Source: Klebsormidium nitens
Taxonomy: Eukaryota; Plantae; Klebsormidiophyceae
Direction of reading: 5' to 3'
DNA: 64,000 nucleotides
Assembly (NCBI GenBank): GCA_000708835.1
Contig: DF237224.1
Location: forward strand, 50,493 to 114,492
The notes below the pieces were generated by a model. The model did no database searches. It was given only the letters and a program-made list of their open reading frames with translations, and was not told where the DNA came from. The position numbers were made by a program, and so were the translations under genes. Position 1 is the first letter of the stretch. The number at the start of each line of letters is the position of its first letter. Shown one piece after another: positions 38,212 through 49,952 of the stretch.

Positions 38212-41200
38212 ATGGACGCCCTTCTACAGCGCGTCGAGCCCTATCTGCCCCTGGCCTGTCTCGTCAGATCGTTAGAGAAGGGCGTACTCCCTCCCCAGCA
38301 GTGCTTCCTGGCGCTCCTGAGCAAAGTGTTGGGATATGCAATCATTGCTGGAGCCACCATCTTGAAGCTGCCGCAGGTAAGTCGATCTTGGTTGGTGCAT
38401 CCAAATGCTTCCTTTTAGAGGAACTTAATCAGGAGCTCGGTCCTTCTCTTGCTGGACGTCTTCCTCAAATGCTGCAAGAGGAAAAGCACTGACTGTGATC
38501 TGGCTCGCAGGAGTTTTTTGTCAAACCATGCTTTTTATAGCATGCATTGTCAGAGAACTAGGCTCTGACGTTCTATGTTAGGATTGGGGAAATAGATGAA
38601 ACCAAAGCGTCTGTCAACTTGGGTGCTTTTGCTTTGAAGCCCTGTAGAGAAACCCAATTAGCCAACGTGATCAGGCAGTGGTATGCTGGAAGCTTCTGTT
38701 GAAGCATAGTATGCTTCAAATGTTTGCATGGTGATGGTGCTCTGATCAGCTTGCGTCAGCGGCTAGCACTTTCATTGAATCTGGGGTGCCCCGCTAATAA
38801 GCTAATGGAAGGGCACCTTAGCCTCACTGGTTAAACAACCAGGTACATTTGAAAGTCCAGAGATCTCTAGGAATCCAGATACAGAGCACCATTGCTGCTT
38901 GCCACTTGGTTTGAAAGCTTCACTGCTTTGTTGTTCTGGCTGCAATTGGCTGCAATTGATTCCCTGTCATGTCATTCTGATTTAGGAAAGGAAACATTGG
39001 AAGAGGCCATACTATGGACAGCTGGGGAATAAGAGGCACACGGAGACTATTTTGTGGCGAAAATCCTTCTTTTGACGGCCACCGCATCAGTCATCATTGA
39101 CCGAGTTCTTGTCCCTGACTTGCAGATCATCCTCATTCTTCAGAAGCGGAGCACAGAAGGACTTGCGACTTCTTCCTTTGAGATTGAAACAGTTGGCTTC
39201 ACTATAGCACTGTCCTACTGCCGATTCAAGGGCCTGGCATTCAGTGCATATGGAGAGGTGGTGTTTCTGTTGATCCAAGGTAGGTGTATTAGTTGAGCAA
39301 TTTTGGCTTTTGCAGTAGAGACTCCCTTGATTAATTAGAAAAGGCATGCCCTAGGAGCCTCTTGCTACAGTCTGATCTGTTTCAGAGCCCGAGGTCAGTA
39401 CCAACCTGTTGTAAGCTTGTCTTGAGTAAAGTCATCTGAGGAACATGTTGCCACTATCCTAGTTTAAGGGTTGGGGGCTTATGCTGACTCAAACTGACTG
39501 CCTTGCAGATATCATTCTCGTTCTTCTATGTTACTATTATGCGCCGAAGAGGGGACCTTCTGTGTGGTTGAAGACGGCCTTGTACGCAGCAATCGCCCCA
39601 GTACTGATTGGTGGACAAATCAGCGCTGAGTCTTTTGAGCTTCTCTATGTAAGCTGAGCAACCTCCCTTTGTATTCTGCGGGTTGCCTCTGACATGCCGT
39701 TTTTCCTGTGTCAGTAATAAGGGAAGCCTATTGCCGCATTTCACAGCGCAATCCTTAGTTGCCTGGACTCAATCAGGGAACCGTTACTTGCCTGAAGAAA
39801 TGATTTTTGGATCTGCCTTGCTTTAAGTCGCTTCAAAATTTCCCTTCCTATCATTCTATGCTCTCTCCAAGGAATTTTACATCCTCACAACAGCTGTCCC
39901 TCCTTCCAGGCTTGTCAGCACGCGGTCTTCATCATTGCGCGGTTGCCTCAGCTGTACAAGAATTACAAGGTAAGTCATCTCTGGCTTCATTGGCTGAGAC
40001 TGTTTGGAGGTACGGAGGTGCACAACCAGGGTACGAAATCAATGGTTGGCACACGATTGGCAATTGAAAAGCAAGCGAATCTTACATGCTTGGCGCATGT
40101 ATCCACTGTGAAAAGTATTTAGTTGCAAGAAGATTCTGGACCATGTTAGACGATCGAGAAATACAGTCGCAACGAAGTGCTGTGCTCTGTCGTATCCCCT
40201 GGCCAGTTATTTGCCTGATGACCTCCTGAGCTGCTCGCTTTTAGGTCGGGAGTTGTTCGAACCACCTTACTCTATACGACTCGCAAGAAGGCCTTGTAAA
40301 TCATGAGATCTACGAAGTTCGAACTGATTGTAGCAGGTGCTTTGCTCGCGCTCGACAACCTGGACGTTTCGAAGGATTCGCCCAGGCGTGTCCTGGTGCT
40401 GTTTGACGTGATAGTGTGTTCGTTATTCTGCAGCAAAAGAGCACGGGTCAACTCAGCTTTTCCAGCAGTTTCCTCCAATTTGGTGGCATCCTAGGTGAGG
40501 GCTGCTCCAGCAAATGCTTGTCCCGTTGCAAACTGCTCGACACCTGCCACTTGCCCTCCTCGAGATGGTTATACTTCTGTGGACCTGATTATCCTGCGAA
40601 ACAAGTTCATAAGTTCATGAGGGACAGCGTTCTCGTATTCGCAATATTTTCTCTTTCTTCTGGACGACGAGCGGCTTGTACTGTCTTTTGAGGTCCGTTT
40701 CGAGGAGAGTCTGGCAACAGATATCCGGCCGTCTGGTTATGAAATGTCCTGCGTCTGTCATGTAAGCAGCCTCTCAGAACCGAACACAAATGGGCGGCTA
40801 CTCAATAACTTTCTTACTGACTTTCTGTTTCTATTCTTGCAGCGCGCTTGTTCACCTCCATCCAAGAAAAGGCGCCGTCTAGCAGTATCCTCCCTTTACT
40901 CTATGCTCAGTCGCAGTCCGTCTTGATGCACCTCTAGAATTCGACTCTGTTCGAAGTGTTGCATTTGCGATTGAGTACGTCGACCATCAGTACAGTGCTT
41001 CAATGTCTGCTCCATTTTTGCTTCTCTGTCTTCCGCGACTGCCTTGCTCAATCAGCCGTCCGAAGTTGATGTGCCAGCTTTGTCGTTGATTGGCTTGTGT
41101 CGGAACATGCTTATATAGTTGGCGAGCCTCATACTTTGGTCCTTGACTTCCATCGCCAGTGGTTCTCGGGGTGTGCTTCGGCGTTGTCATGAACAGCATA

Positions 41201-41260
41201 GTGATGTCCCAATTTTTCCTGTACCGAAACGCACCCAAGAAAACGACGAAGGCGGAGTAG
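38212..41260 (+). CDS. MPDU1: Mannose-P-dolichol utilization defect 1 (PQ-loop) protein
   Basis: Exons 38212-38376, 39126-39279, 39509-39648, 39910-39969, 40434-40494, 40843-40884, 41160-41260. Motifs LSKVLGYAII..KLPQI, FSAYGE, ARLPQ, STGQLS and ARLFTSIQE. Confidence 0.92.
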
Positions 41261-42249
41261 CAACAGGTGCGTTCTCTTTCGTTCGGGCCTCGACAGTTCG
41301 TTTCCTAAGATCATATCCAATATAATGCGGTTGTTGCAAGCACGTACTTGAAACGGCCGAGTTTTGTGCACACATTGCAACCACCTTATCAACCGATTGA
41401 TCTTGCCCGAGATTGAAGACTCGTTGGTTGTGTATGGGTCTGAAGTACTTGAAAGTGAACGTTGGGTGACGGGTCCCAAATCTCATTCGACGTCTGCTCC
41501 GCTAAGACTTTGTCGACGGATCACGTGATAATCTGGAGGTCTAGCAGCACACGGTGTTAGTCCAGACGATCATATCCGCAGCCCAAGTGATTTCTGACCA
41601 CGCACCTGTATCGGTCAATTTCTCACTTGCCCTTGCTTAGGCAGCCGTAAACCTCTGTCATCTTGCTGTGCAATCCATCACAGCCTGACAACACCAAAGT
41701 TTTGACGATCTGAGAGAGGGACTTCTGTGATCCAGGTTGTCGCCAAGGAGAGGTTTTTTGGGTGTTTTGCTTACTCCCTTCAGAACCCGTGCTTGCAGGT
41801 TTGCACGAGCGAGCGCGATTTAGACCACAGGTTCAGGTACAGAGGTCGTTGTGCGACAGCTTTGGACGGCTACAAGCGGAGATTACTTGTCTTTTTGATT
41901 CAGCGGTGGTTTTTGGGGTTTCCACTTTGATTGCATGTGTAAAATGTCTGAACTGGTAATTCCTCCTTCATGTCCTTGTTCCAAGCTGCTAAGTTGAGGC
42001 ATCGCTTATATGTCACAGCCTCACCTGTACACTAGGGGCGGTACAACCCTCGATCGAGTCAGGTGATTGTGCGTTGCCCTCGAAATCTAAGCATTATGTC
42101 ATTCGAAGTGTCGTTCGTTTTCTTGGATGCTGCACCTGTCCACTTGAATGCTGCACATTTGGGCAATCCCCGAGCTTCATGTCTTAAATATGCATGGTCC
42201 ACTTGAATGTGGCGTTACTGAGTCATACGGTTGTGCATTCCTGATATGG

Positions 42250-42720
42250 TCTTAGAAGGTCAAAGTCGTCCAAAAAATATCGGTTGCAACTTGAAGGACA
42301 GCTTCGTGCAACAAACTTACGGATTGGATCAGATCCTCGTGTGACCGAGGAATTGGACGTCAAAAAGCGCGGCCATTGCCCAAGGTCAAGTTCATCAGCC
42401 GCCGCGTCAGCTAGCCATGAGCTGGCGGCATATGTGCGAGCTATACGTACTACTTACTATGCACATGACGGATATGTCGGATCGATCTGACTCGCGCGGC
42501 CTATTTTATTAGCGACAATTTGTGTGCACGCATGAGGCGCCGGCTCGGACCGGTTATTATGAATGTGCAGACGATACCAACATACCAGTTTCAGTTTCCA
42601 CATGCTCGAATCTTGGTGAAGGATTCGTACTTATCTTCGATTGTTAAAATAATGCAGCTACTAGCGATGTACAGGCTGAGGCCGCCACGCAAGTGATGTC
42701 AATCCGACAACTTGGAAGCA
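42250..42720. other. Convergent intergenic RY/palindrome-rich island
   Basis: Alternating run at 42521-42534, with gatcgatc and tatacgtac words. Confidence 0.4.
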
Positions 42721-43624
42721 AACATGTGACATGTCTGGAGCTATCCGGTGACATAAGTCAAGCAAGCCTTTTCTTTAACTGCATGGACAATCTTCTTGCT
42801 TGCCTTTTACATGCTTCGGTGTGTTGTTAGCTTGCTGGTAAGCGAGCCCTGCCGGCTGGCATCGAAGCTTGAGCAGCTGGGCTCCGGGCTTTCTGAGTAT
42901 GCTTATCATCGGCAAGCACCGTCTTTGCTGTCCCAACTTTTCTCTTGACGACTGTCACTTTTAGGAAGAGGGCTGCATTGCATGAGCCCAGTGCCACGTT
43001 GAAAATTCATTACAGATCTAGACAGCTGCTTTTGAAGATTCGAATCAAATCACCTGTGCACCCACTGAGCTGAGGCCAGAACAAGAAGTGAAGGAGCAAC
43101 GTGTAAGATATTTGGTCAAGGTTCTCACCATTCTTTTTGCACCTTACTAATTAGAAAGGGTCGTTGTTGTGCTGCTCTTTTGCACGGTATCATACTTATG
43201 GTCTCACACAATCGCGGATGTTTGTCCACCTGACCAATTGCCTGATGCATGGGAAAGGAGGGGAAAGGAGCTTCAACACGAAGCTTGATCTCCAACAGGA
43301 GAATCTCGACACGAATGAAGTCATGGCAAAGCCTCACAATTTGAGGCAACCAAGGAGATGGATCTAACAGCACGGGCACTTGAATTGCAAAGCGGTGCTC
43401 CAATTTTCTGAAAGTTAACATTGACGAAGTGCCAAGAAGCTGACACAGGCAATGCGCTTGGTTGGGCGGACTGTTGCAGATTGCAGCGCCTGTTCTATAC
43501 ATACATAATAACAAAAGAGTGCTTGATTGCAGGAGCCTACCGTCCTGTTCCAGCAACGGCCTCGCCACCAAGGTCTGCTCTTGCATCCAATCCTCTTGAA
43601 AGTGTCTGGACACCTGGGCCTCTT

Positions 43625-44327
43625 TTACAGGCTGCTGACTAACGCGTGCACGCCAGCGGCGGCTGATTCGTCAACTTTGTACTGCAGCGAGAAAGAAGCA
43701 GGATCATCAGGGCTATAGAGATTATGGCGTGCATACATGAGACGTCTCGCTGACCACGTTCAGAAGATTTTAAGAAATACTTAAGTGCGCAAGTGAATAG
43801 GTGCTGAAGTATCACGTGAGAGCAAAGTCTGAACAGCTGATCCTTTCATTGCGGCGTAACGGTCTCACTTTCGATGCTTCCTGGAAATCAGTCGGACTCA
43901 AGTTGCTGCCACAACCAATTCTCTCAGGTCCACCTAAGTTTTCCATACAACTGATATTATTGACAGGCCAACTTCTATGCCTCCACTAGAGCAGTTCAGA
44001 TATACACAGATCTCCTCTGATGTATTCTTTGCTGAGCCTTGGCAATCAGCAAGTGGTGCTCAAGGACAAGCGCGTACTCTGCACTTTGAAGCCAAGTCCT
44101 CCAAGCCACAGGTTCTTAAGAAGGAACCGCCTCACCTTCTTCAGTACCCATCGAACGTGCTCCTCAGCCCTGACCATCAGATCCCGCACCCTCTGTGGAT
44201 CCGTCTCATCTGAAAAGGTGTAAAAGTTCTCTTTGCAGTAGTTCCTGTAGTAACCCTGCGTCTGCTTCGGGAGGTGCTTCCGAATGACGTTTTGTATCTC
44301 ATGGAACAGCATTACCTGCGGCTTCAT
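43625..44327 (-). CDS. LYRM9-like: LYR-motif protein, LYRM9-like (mitochondrial)
   Basis: Exons 44327-44136 and 43681-43625 give MKPQVMLFHEIQNVIRKHLPKQTQGYYRNYCKENF..SDETDPQRV..WVLKK|YKVDESAA.. Confidence 0.8.
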
Positions 44328-45044
44328 TGCATGTGAAAGAATGGTCTGTGCAATACAATCGAGCGCGAGGAAGGGTTGTGCAGCAAAGAGAGTGCTCTTC
44401 AGCGCTCATGCATTCTTCGTAGACCCGCATTTGTCTAAGCAGAGGGCGCTCCGCTTTTTTTCTCCAGCTTCCGCATTCCCCTTGCAAGTTGCAAGTTGCA
44501 CTTGCACTGGCAGCAGAAATCTTCTCCCTAGCTAGACTTTGGGCCTGGCAGTGCTGGCAAGCGTTGACATTTCGAGTTTTGAACAGCTTTTGTCATCAGA
44601 AAGCTTGGCGGTCGCCGGCTAAAAACGCCGGTTCGCAGTTCATATTTAAGCGCTAGTATCAAGTATGTATACTGCAACTCACACATCTGTATCCTGAGCC
44701 TGACGGGATGTTACTGGCACCGTCGTTACTGCCGACTTTTGATGGAGCAAGTGGTCAAACGGCGACAAGAAAGTCTACCGTTTTCGCGTGTAAAGTTGTT
44801 TGAAGGGAAGGCCGGCATTTTCCTGGAGACGTGGGGAAGGACGTGGAATGCTGGGAGCCTGGGAAGGCAGGCAGCGACTTTGGTCCTGGACAGCAGGCAG
44901 CTGAGCAAAGCCAAGAGGAAGCTACAGTAATAGTCTGTACAGGACGACATGTTCAAAGGAGCCATCCAGACAGAGGAGGAAGCAAAGCAAAGCGAAGCGC
45001 AGATCCGATCGAGACTTCCAATCAGGTTCTGAGGAGCAGAGCTC

Positions 45045-48000
45045 ATGGGGATCATGTGGAGACGGCTGGTGCTGCAGCGTCTCAAAGTTCAGCTGCAAAG
45101 TGCCACCGCTGCATCAGTCCATTCACAAGCACAAGCAGCGGAAGTGACGAAGCCAGCTTTGCAACCATGGCTGGAAGCAGGGCGCCACTTCAGAGGAACG
45201 AGCGATCTAGGCACACTCAAATTTGGATCAAGCTTGTATTCAAAGGGTGCGGAAGCGTTTGGTGCATCAAGCACGCGGGGAAGAAAAGCGAATGATTTAT
45301 CTGAAATAAAACAGCAGGTTCTGCAAGCCTTGCAGGTTCTGCAAGCCTTGCAATGCCCCCATGTTGCTGGTTTGCCACAGGCCGCCCTGGCTGGTGGCGA
45401 TGTCAGCAGACGCGTTGCTGACATCGTCCGTCAATCTCCAAGTGGCAGCATCGCTGCGCCAGCCAGGGGGCTGCATCATTGCATGCAGCAAAAGCCACCA
45501 ACGGAGAGCGCCACCACCAGACCCCTCTCACAAAACCCCTCCTTTACCCTGCCGAGTCTTGCCTCAAACCGCTCACACAAATTGCTTTCATTCCCAAGCT
45601 CGCATACTCCCTCCTTTGCCCCCCTCTCTCGAACATTCCACCGGAGCGCCCTGCTGCGATCCCCTCAAAACCCGTCCTCTTCCGGAGGTCAAAACCTTGG
45701 AACGTCCTCTTCTGCGAATCCCTCATCTTCTGCAAGAAGTCTAGGGGGTGCCGCTCGGCAGCGGCTGGCGTCCGAAAGTGTCCGAAAGGCGTCAGCGGCG
45801 TCAAAGAACATGCTGCTGTACTTGTGCGCGCTGACTGTGGCGATGGTGGGGGCAACGTACTCGGCGGTGCCGCTGTATCGCATGTTCTGCCAGGTGAGGT
45901 TGGTGACACAGCAAAGGATGAGGTGGTCGAAACGCCAGACTGCTTCTTGTCCAAAGGTTGATTGGTATGAACTGGTTGTCATTAGTTTAAGATTGTCCTC
46001 GCTGCGACGGGTGGGGCTAATATGGGGGTTTAAGCTGGGCACAAGTGTGGAGCGGGTAGGTTGTTTAGTGTAGAGTTTAGAGTTAGCCTTGTTTTCATGG
46101 ATTTGAGCAATCTTTGAGACCTGAGAAACCTGGGTGTGTGATTGCACTTCTTAAATTGAATTGATCGCGGGCTACAAGCATTGGCCCTAAGATAGCTCCT
46201 ATTCTGTAAACACAGAATGATGTGGGTTGAGGCGGCCAGGGTTGACAAAAGGGTCCAATCAGCTAACGGTTGATTGGAAGAGGATGCTTCAAACCAACTA
46301 GGGTCAGAAACAAAATCCAAACCTCAAGTTAGCAAATGCTTGTGCATATTGATGCTAGAGAAGAGCTCTGTTTTGTGATTGGCCAACTGCTGTTACTTCT
46401 CCGAATCACGAAGCCTTTGTGACACAAGGATTCCGCATTTGTTGTTCCCGCCTACAGTAGTCAGTGAACGATCTTTCCTGAGCCCTCTCCAAAAGTCGAA
46501 ATCTGTGTTTTCTTCGCTTTCTCTTGCACAAATTTGGACCATAGTATACGCTTGCATCTGTTGCAGGCGACTGGCTTCGGAGGTACTGTTCAGAAGAGGG
46601 AGACTGTCGAGGAGAAGATTGTTCGGCACGCCTCAGAGAAAAAGGCGGCGCCAGCACGCCAGATCACCGTCCAGTTCAATGCTGACGTGGCAGACGGAAT
46701 GCCCTGGAAGTTCACCCCCTGCCAGCGGGAGGTAAGAGACAATGAGGGTTTAAATAACTACTCCACCGGGGTTTTTGAGAACAGTTCTTGTCATGCAAGT
46801 TTTCCGCCATGAGATTCTGGATCGATCCGGTATCTCGAGATTGGGGCGCTTTCAGGTGCAAAAGTTTCTGGAAGTGACACGAGACGAGAATTGCTGTGTT
46901 TGAGATTAACAGGACGCATTCAAGACAAGTCTCTTTCTTCATTCGCTTGAGTTAATTTTCGAAGTAAGTGGTTCTGGAGCAAAATCTCTTTTAGCATTTC
47001 GACGATAACGAACGTAGGAGGACGAGACAGAGGGAAGGACAACTTCTTTGTCGTTATCCACCGAAGAAGCCTTTCGATATACGCCCACTAGTTGAAGCGC
47101 ATATGATTGTCCGTGCCTTCATCGCACGGACTGCTTTTCGTTTTGAGCCATCCCTTTCTCCAAGCTCGAAGTACCGCGTTTTTAGTGTGAAAGCCAAATT
47201 CCGTGAAATACTGAATGTCTTTGTTCACGTGTCTGTCTCGTGCCTGCTACATGCAAGAACGAAAAATCAGCGTCAGTCAGCATCACAAGAAAATTTACGA
47301 GCACAACGGATTCAAGTTGTGGTCGTTTGCTAGCCCCATGGAAGGATTCTCCGAACACAGCCGATGGTGTCTGCTTTTGAGGGGCTCAAGTAGTGCTTCC
47401 TACTGGCCTTCCAATCCATTCTGAGCGTGTTGACCCGATAGTAGCTCGCTATAGCCCTAGAGTCAAGTCCACTGGAATTCTGCAAGCAATGCGGCTTTCG
47501 ATTCACGAGCGCGCTCCGACAGTGTTTTGTGTTTTCGGCTGACTGGCGTCACGATCCTTTATCTAGTTTTCATAATGGCCAAGATGACTTGCTCAACAAT
47601 TCTCGTAGGTAACGGTCCATTCACCTGCGAGAAACAAAACGAACTTCGACTTTCCTTGGACCCACTCCCTAACCAAACAGTCTCAATCTTGGACGTCATT
47701 TTTTTCAGGTTAAGGTACTCCCTAAGAAAAACCAACCGCAGCCGTCGTGATTTTCGGGTTCAGTTACTCCCTAACCAACTCCTTGACTTAAGGCGTCGTG
47801 TTTTTCCAGGTGAAGGTGGTCCCTGGTCAAAGCACGCTTGCGTTCTACACGGCGCACAACCTGAGTGACAAGGCGATCACCGGGGTGTCAACGTACAACG
47901 TTAGCCCGATGCGGGTGAGTGATGTCATCGTCCTGCCACGCCCATACGCTAGTGGCTCGGAGCCTGTGGGTGGGTCAGGAAAGAGAAGCTGCGTATTGGC

Positions 48001-49089
48001 TTTTGTAGTTCGTGGTGGTATTTTGCCTCTCTTCGACCGCAGAATACAAAACTGTGGCTTGATTTGGAAAGAACCAGGTACTTAATTCGAGTTGTCACCG
48101 TCTCGCTTGTTCCGCAAGTAATCAAACAGCTTCGAAAGTCGACACTGCAAAGGGTTCACGGTAAGCATGGCAAACGCGTCACGGTAAGCTTGGCAAAGCG
48201 TCGAAGAAACGCTTTGTCAACAAGACAGTAGAGCGCTGTGGAAGGGTCTTTGAAGAACATCAGCTTTTGCTGCCACGTGTCCATGTCTGATTCGTGCCAC
48301 TCGGTTCGCATGTACAGGCCGGGATCTACTTCAACAAGATTCAGTGCTTCTGCTTTGAGGAGCAGCGGTTGCGGCCAGGCGAGAAAGTCGACATGCCGGT
48401 GAGTCTGGCACTGAGCCCCCCGGAACGAGAAATCTCTACTGACTGATTCTGAAATCAGTCCTGTCCGAGAAATTCGTGTCTGTAGAGGAGGTGCATCGCT
48501 AACGGGGACAGACGTTAAAGTACAGGATTGCAGATACGGGACGCTGACTGAGTACATGATACCATCTTGAATTTACCTTAGATTTACCTATGATTTCGGC
48601 TTATATCACAGAGCAGCTTCACATGTTTGTTGCTGGCCCGAACAAGACCTTAATACTTTTGAGCTGAGAATGTTTTGTTGGGAACAATCGAAGAAATCGA
48701 AGAAGAAGGATAACCCCCTTCTAAGTGGCATTCATCGCACCTCAATGCGATCAGTCGGGCCAGCATTCATCTGTTTGTCAAATTCTTGAAATTGGGAACA
48801 GAGTTATACCTCCTTCGGATTTTTTCGGGCTTTTGGTGTGCGTCAGAAGTTGGTGCAGGAGATAGGAGATTGATCGCGCGGTCACTATCGCTTGGTCTCA
48901 TCGTCATTGGCGTGTTTCAAGTGAGCGAGCGCGTTTGCGAGTCCTCTGGGAAGAGTTTCACGGGTTGCATGATCTCTCGCTTTGCAGGTCTTCTTTTACA
49001 TTGACCCGGAGTTTGCAGAGGATGCGAAGATGAAGGGAATCAACCTTTTGACATTGTCCTACACATTTTTCAAAGTTGAGGATGACTAA
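45045..49089 (+). CDS. COX11: Cytochrome c oxidase copper chaperone COX11
   Basis: Exons 45045-45893, 46567-46731, 47810-47914, 48318-48398, 48988-49089. Motifs [38 protein letters not shown] and VFFYIDPEF. Confidence 0.95.
45315..45350 (+). repeat. 18-bp perfect coding tandem duplication (QVLQAL x2)
   Basis: caggttctgcaagccttg x2. Confidence 0.85.
47649..47830 (+). repeat. ~50-bp degenerate tandem array ending in the COX11 exon-3 acceptor
   Basis: cgtcatttttttcag-gttaaggtactccct / cgtcgtgattttcgg-gttcagttactccct / cgtcgtgtttttccag-GTGAAGGTGGTCCCT. Confidence 0.7.
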
Positions 49090-49119
49090 CCAATGCTAAG
49101 ATGCACGACTGTATCTTGT

Positions 49120-49930
49120 CTGTCAAGATCGTCAGATAGGGGCACGTGACACGTTATGGAGATGTTAATGGCCAACTGCCCCGCCTTGTCATGTGATTTG
49201 GCAATGGTGTTGCACTGCTTGGGTCGCATCATGGACCGGCTGACTATATTACGACATGAAACTTGAAGCTGCGCCCGCTTCGAGTGTGTACTTCTGTATG
49301 CGCGCACAATCTGTGCATATGACAGCGCGCGCGCCCATTCATGAATGCATGTCTTGTTGGCGCACAAATGCGAATCAGCTTTGTCCTGCACGTGCCACGC
49401 CACACCTTATTGCAATTAATCTGCATATTTATTGGTATATACATGTTGGAGCAATGTTCGATACACATTTTACCCGCCCGCGTGAGTCGATCAGCCGCCC
49501 CTTCCAACCTAGCTTAGTATACCATGCATGGGCTCCGACCCGAGCTTGGACAATCATAGTACACATCAATCATGAATGATCTGGGCCCTTAGATCAGTGC
49601 TGTGCCGTTCATTCAATGAATGCAGCGCGGCTTTCGGAATAACAGTATAAAGTCCAAAATCAATTAGGAGACTGTCATGCGGGAGAGCGAATCAGCTAGT
49701 ACGGACGGTCATCGTGGACCTTTAATTCTAGCATGTTAATTAGTACAGTGGTCGAAGGCATTATTGGCTAGGTATGACGCTTGTGCAACCTCTTACGCGC
49801 TTGCAAGGGTCTTGTTACACGACCTCTTACGAGGCAAGTGGACTGTGCGTGCATTAATGTACAACTAGCTATGCCAATCACTCCTCGCTTCTATGATTCT
49901 ATATTGCCGTGTAACTAACTACGTTGCAGT
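49120..49930. other. Convergent intergenic RY/palindrome-rich island
   Basis: Alternating run at 49295-49308, palindrome cattcatgaatg at 49336-49347, and gcgcgcgcgc. Confidence 0.45.
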
Positions 49931-49952
49931 AGAATACTATTTAGGTGCACGT

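Noticed and set aside
43125-43613. 162-aa minus-strand ORF, and similar ORFs at 28388-28702, 55042-55407 and 57970-58557
   Set aside because: They have no family motifs and lie in probable UTR, intron or intergenic sequence.
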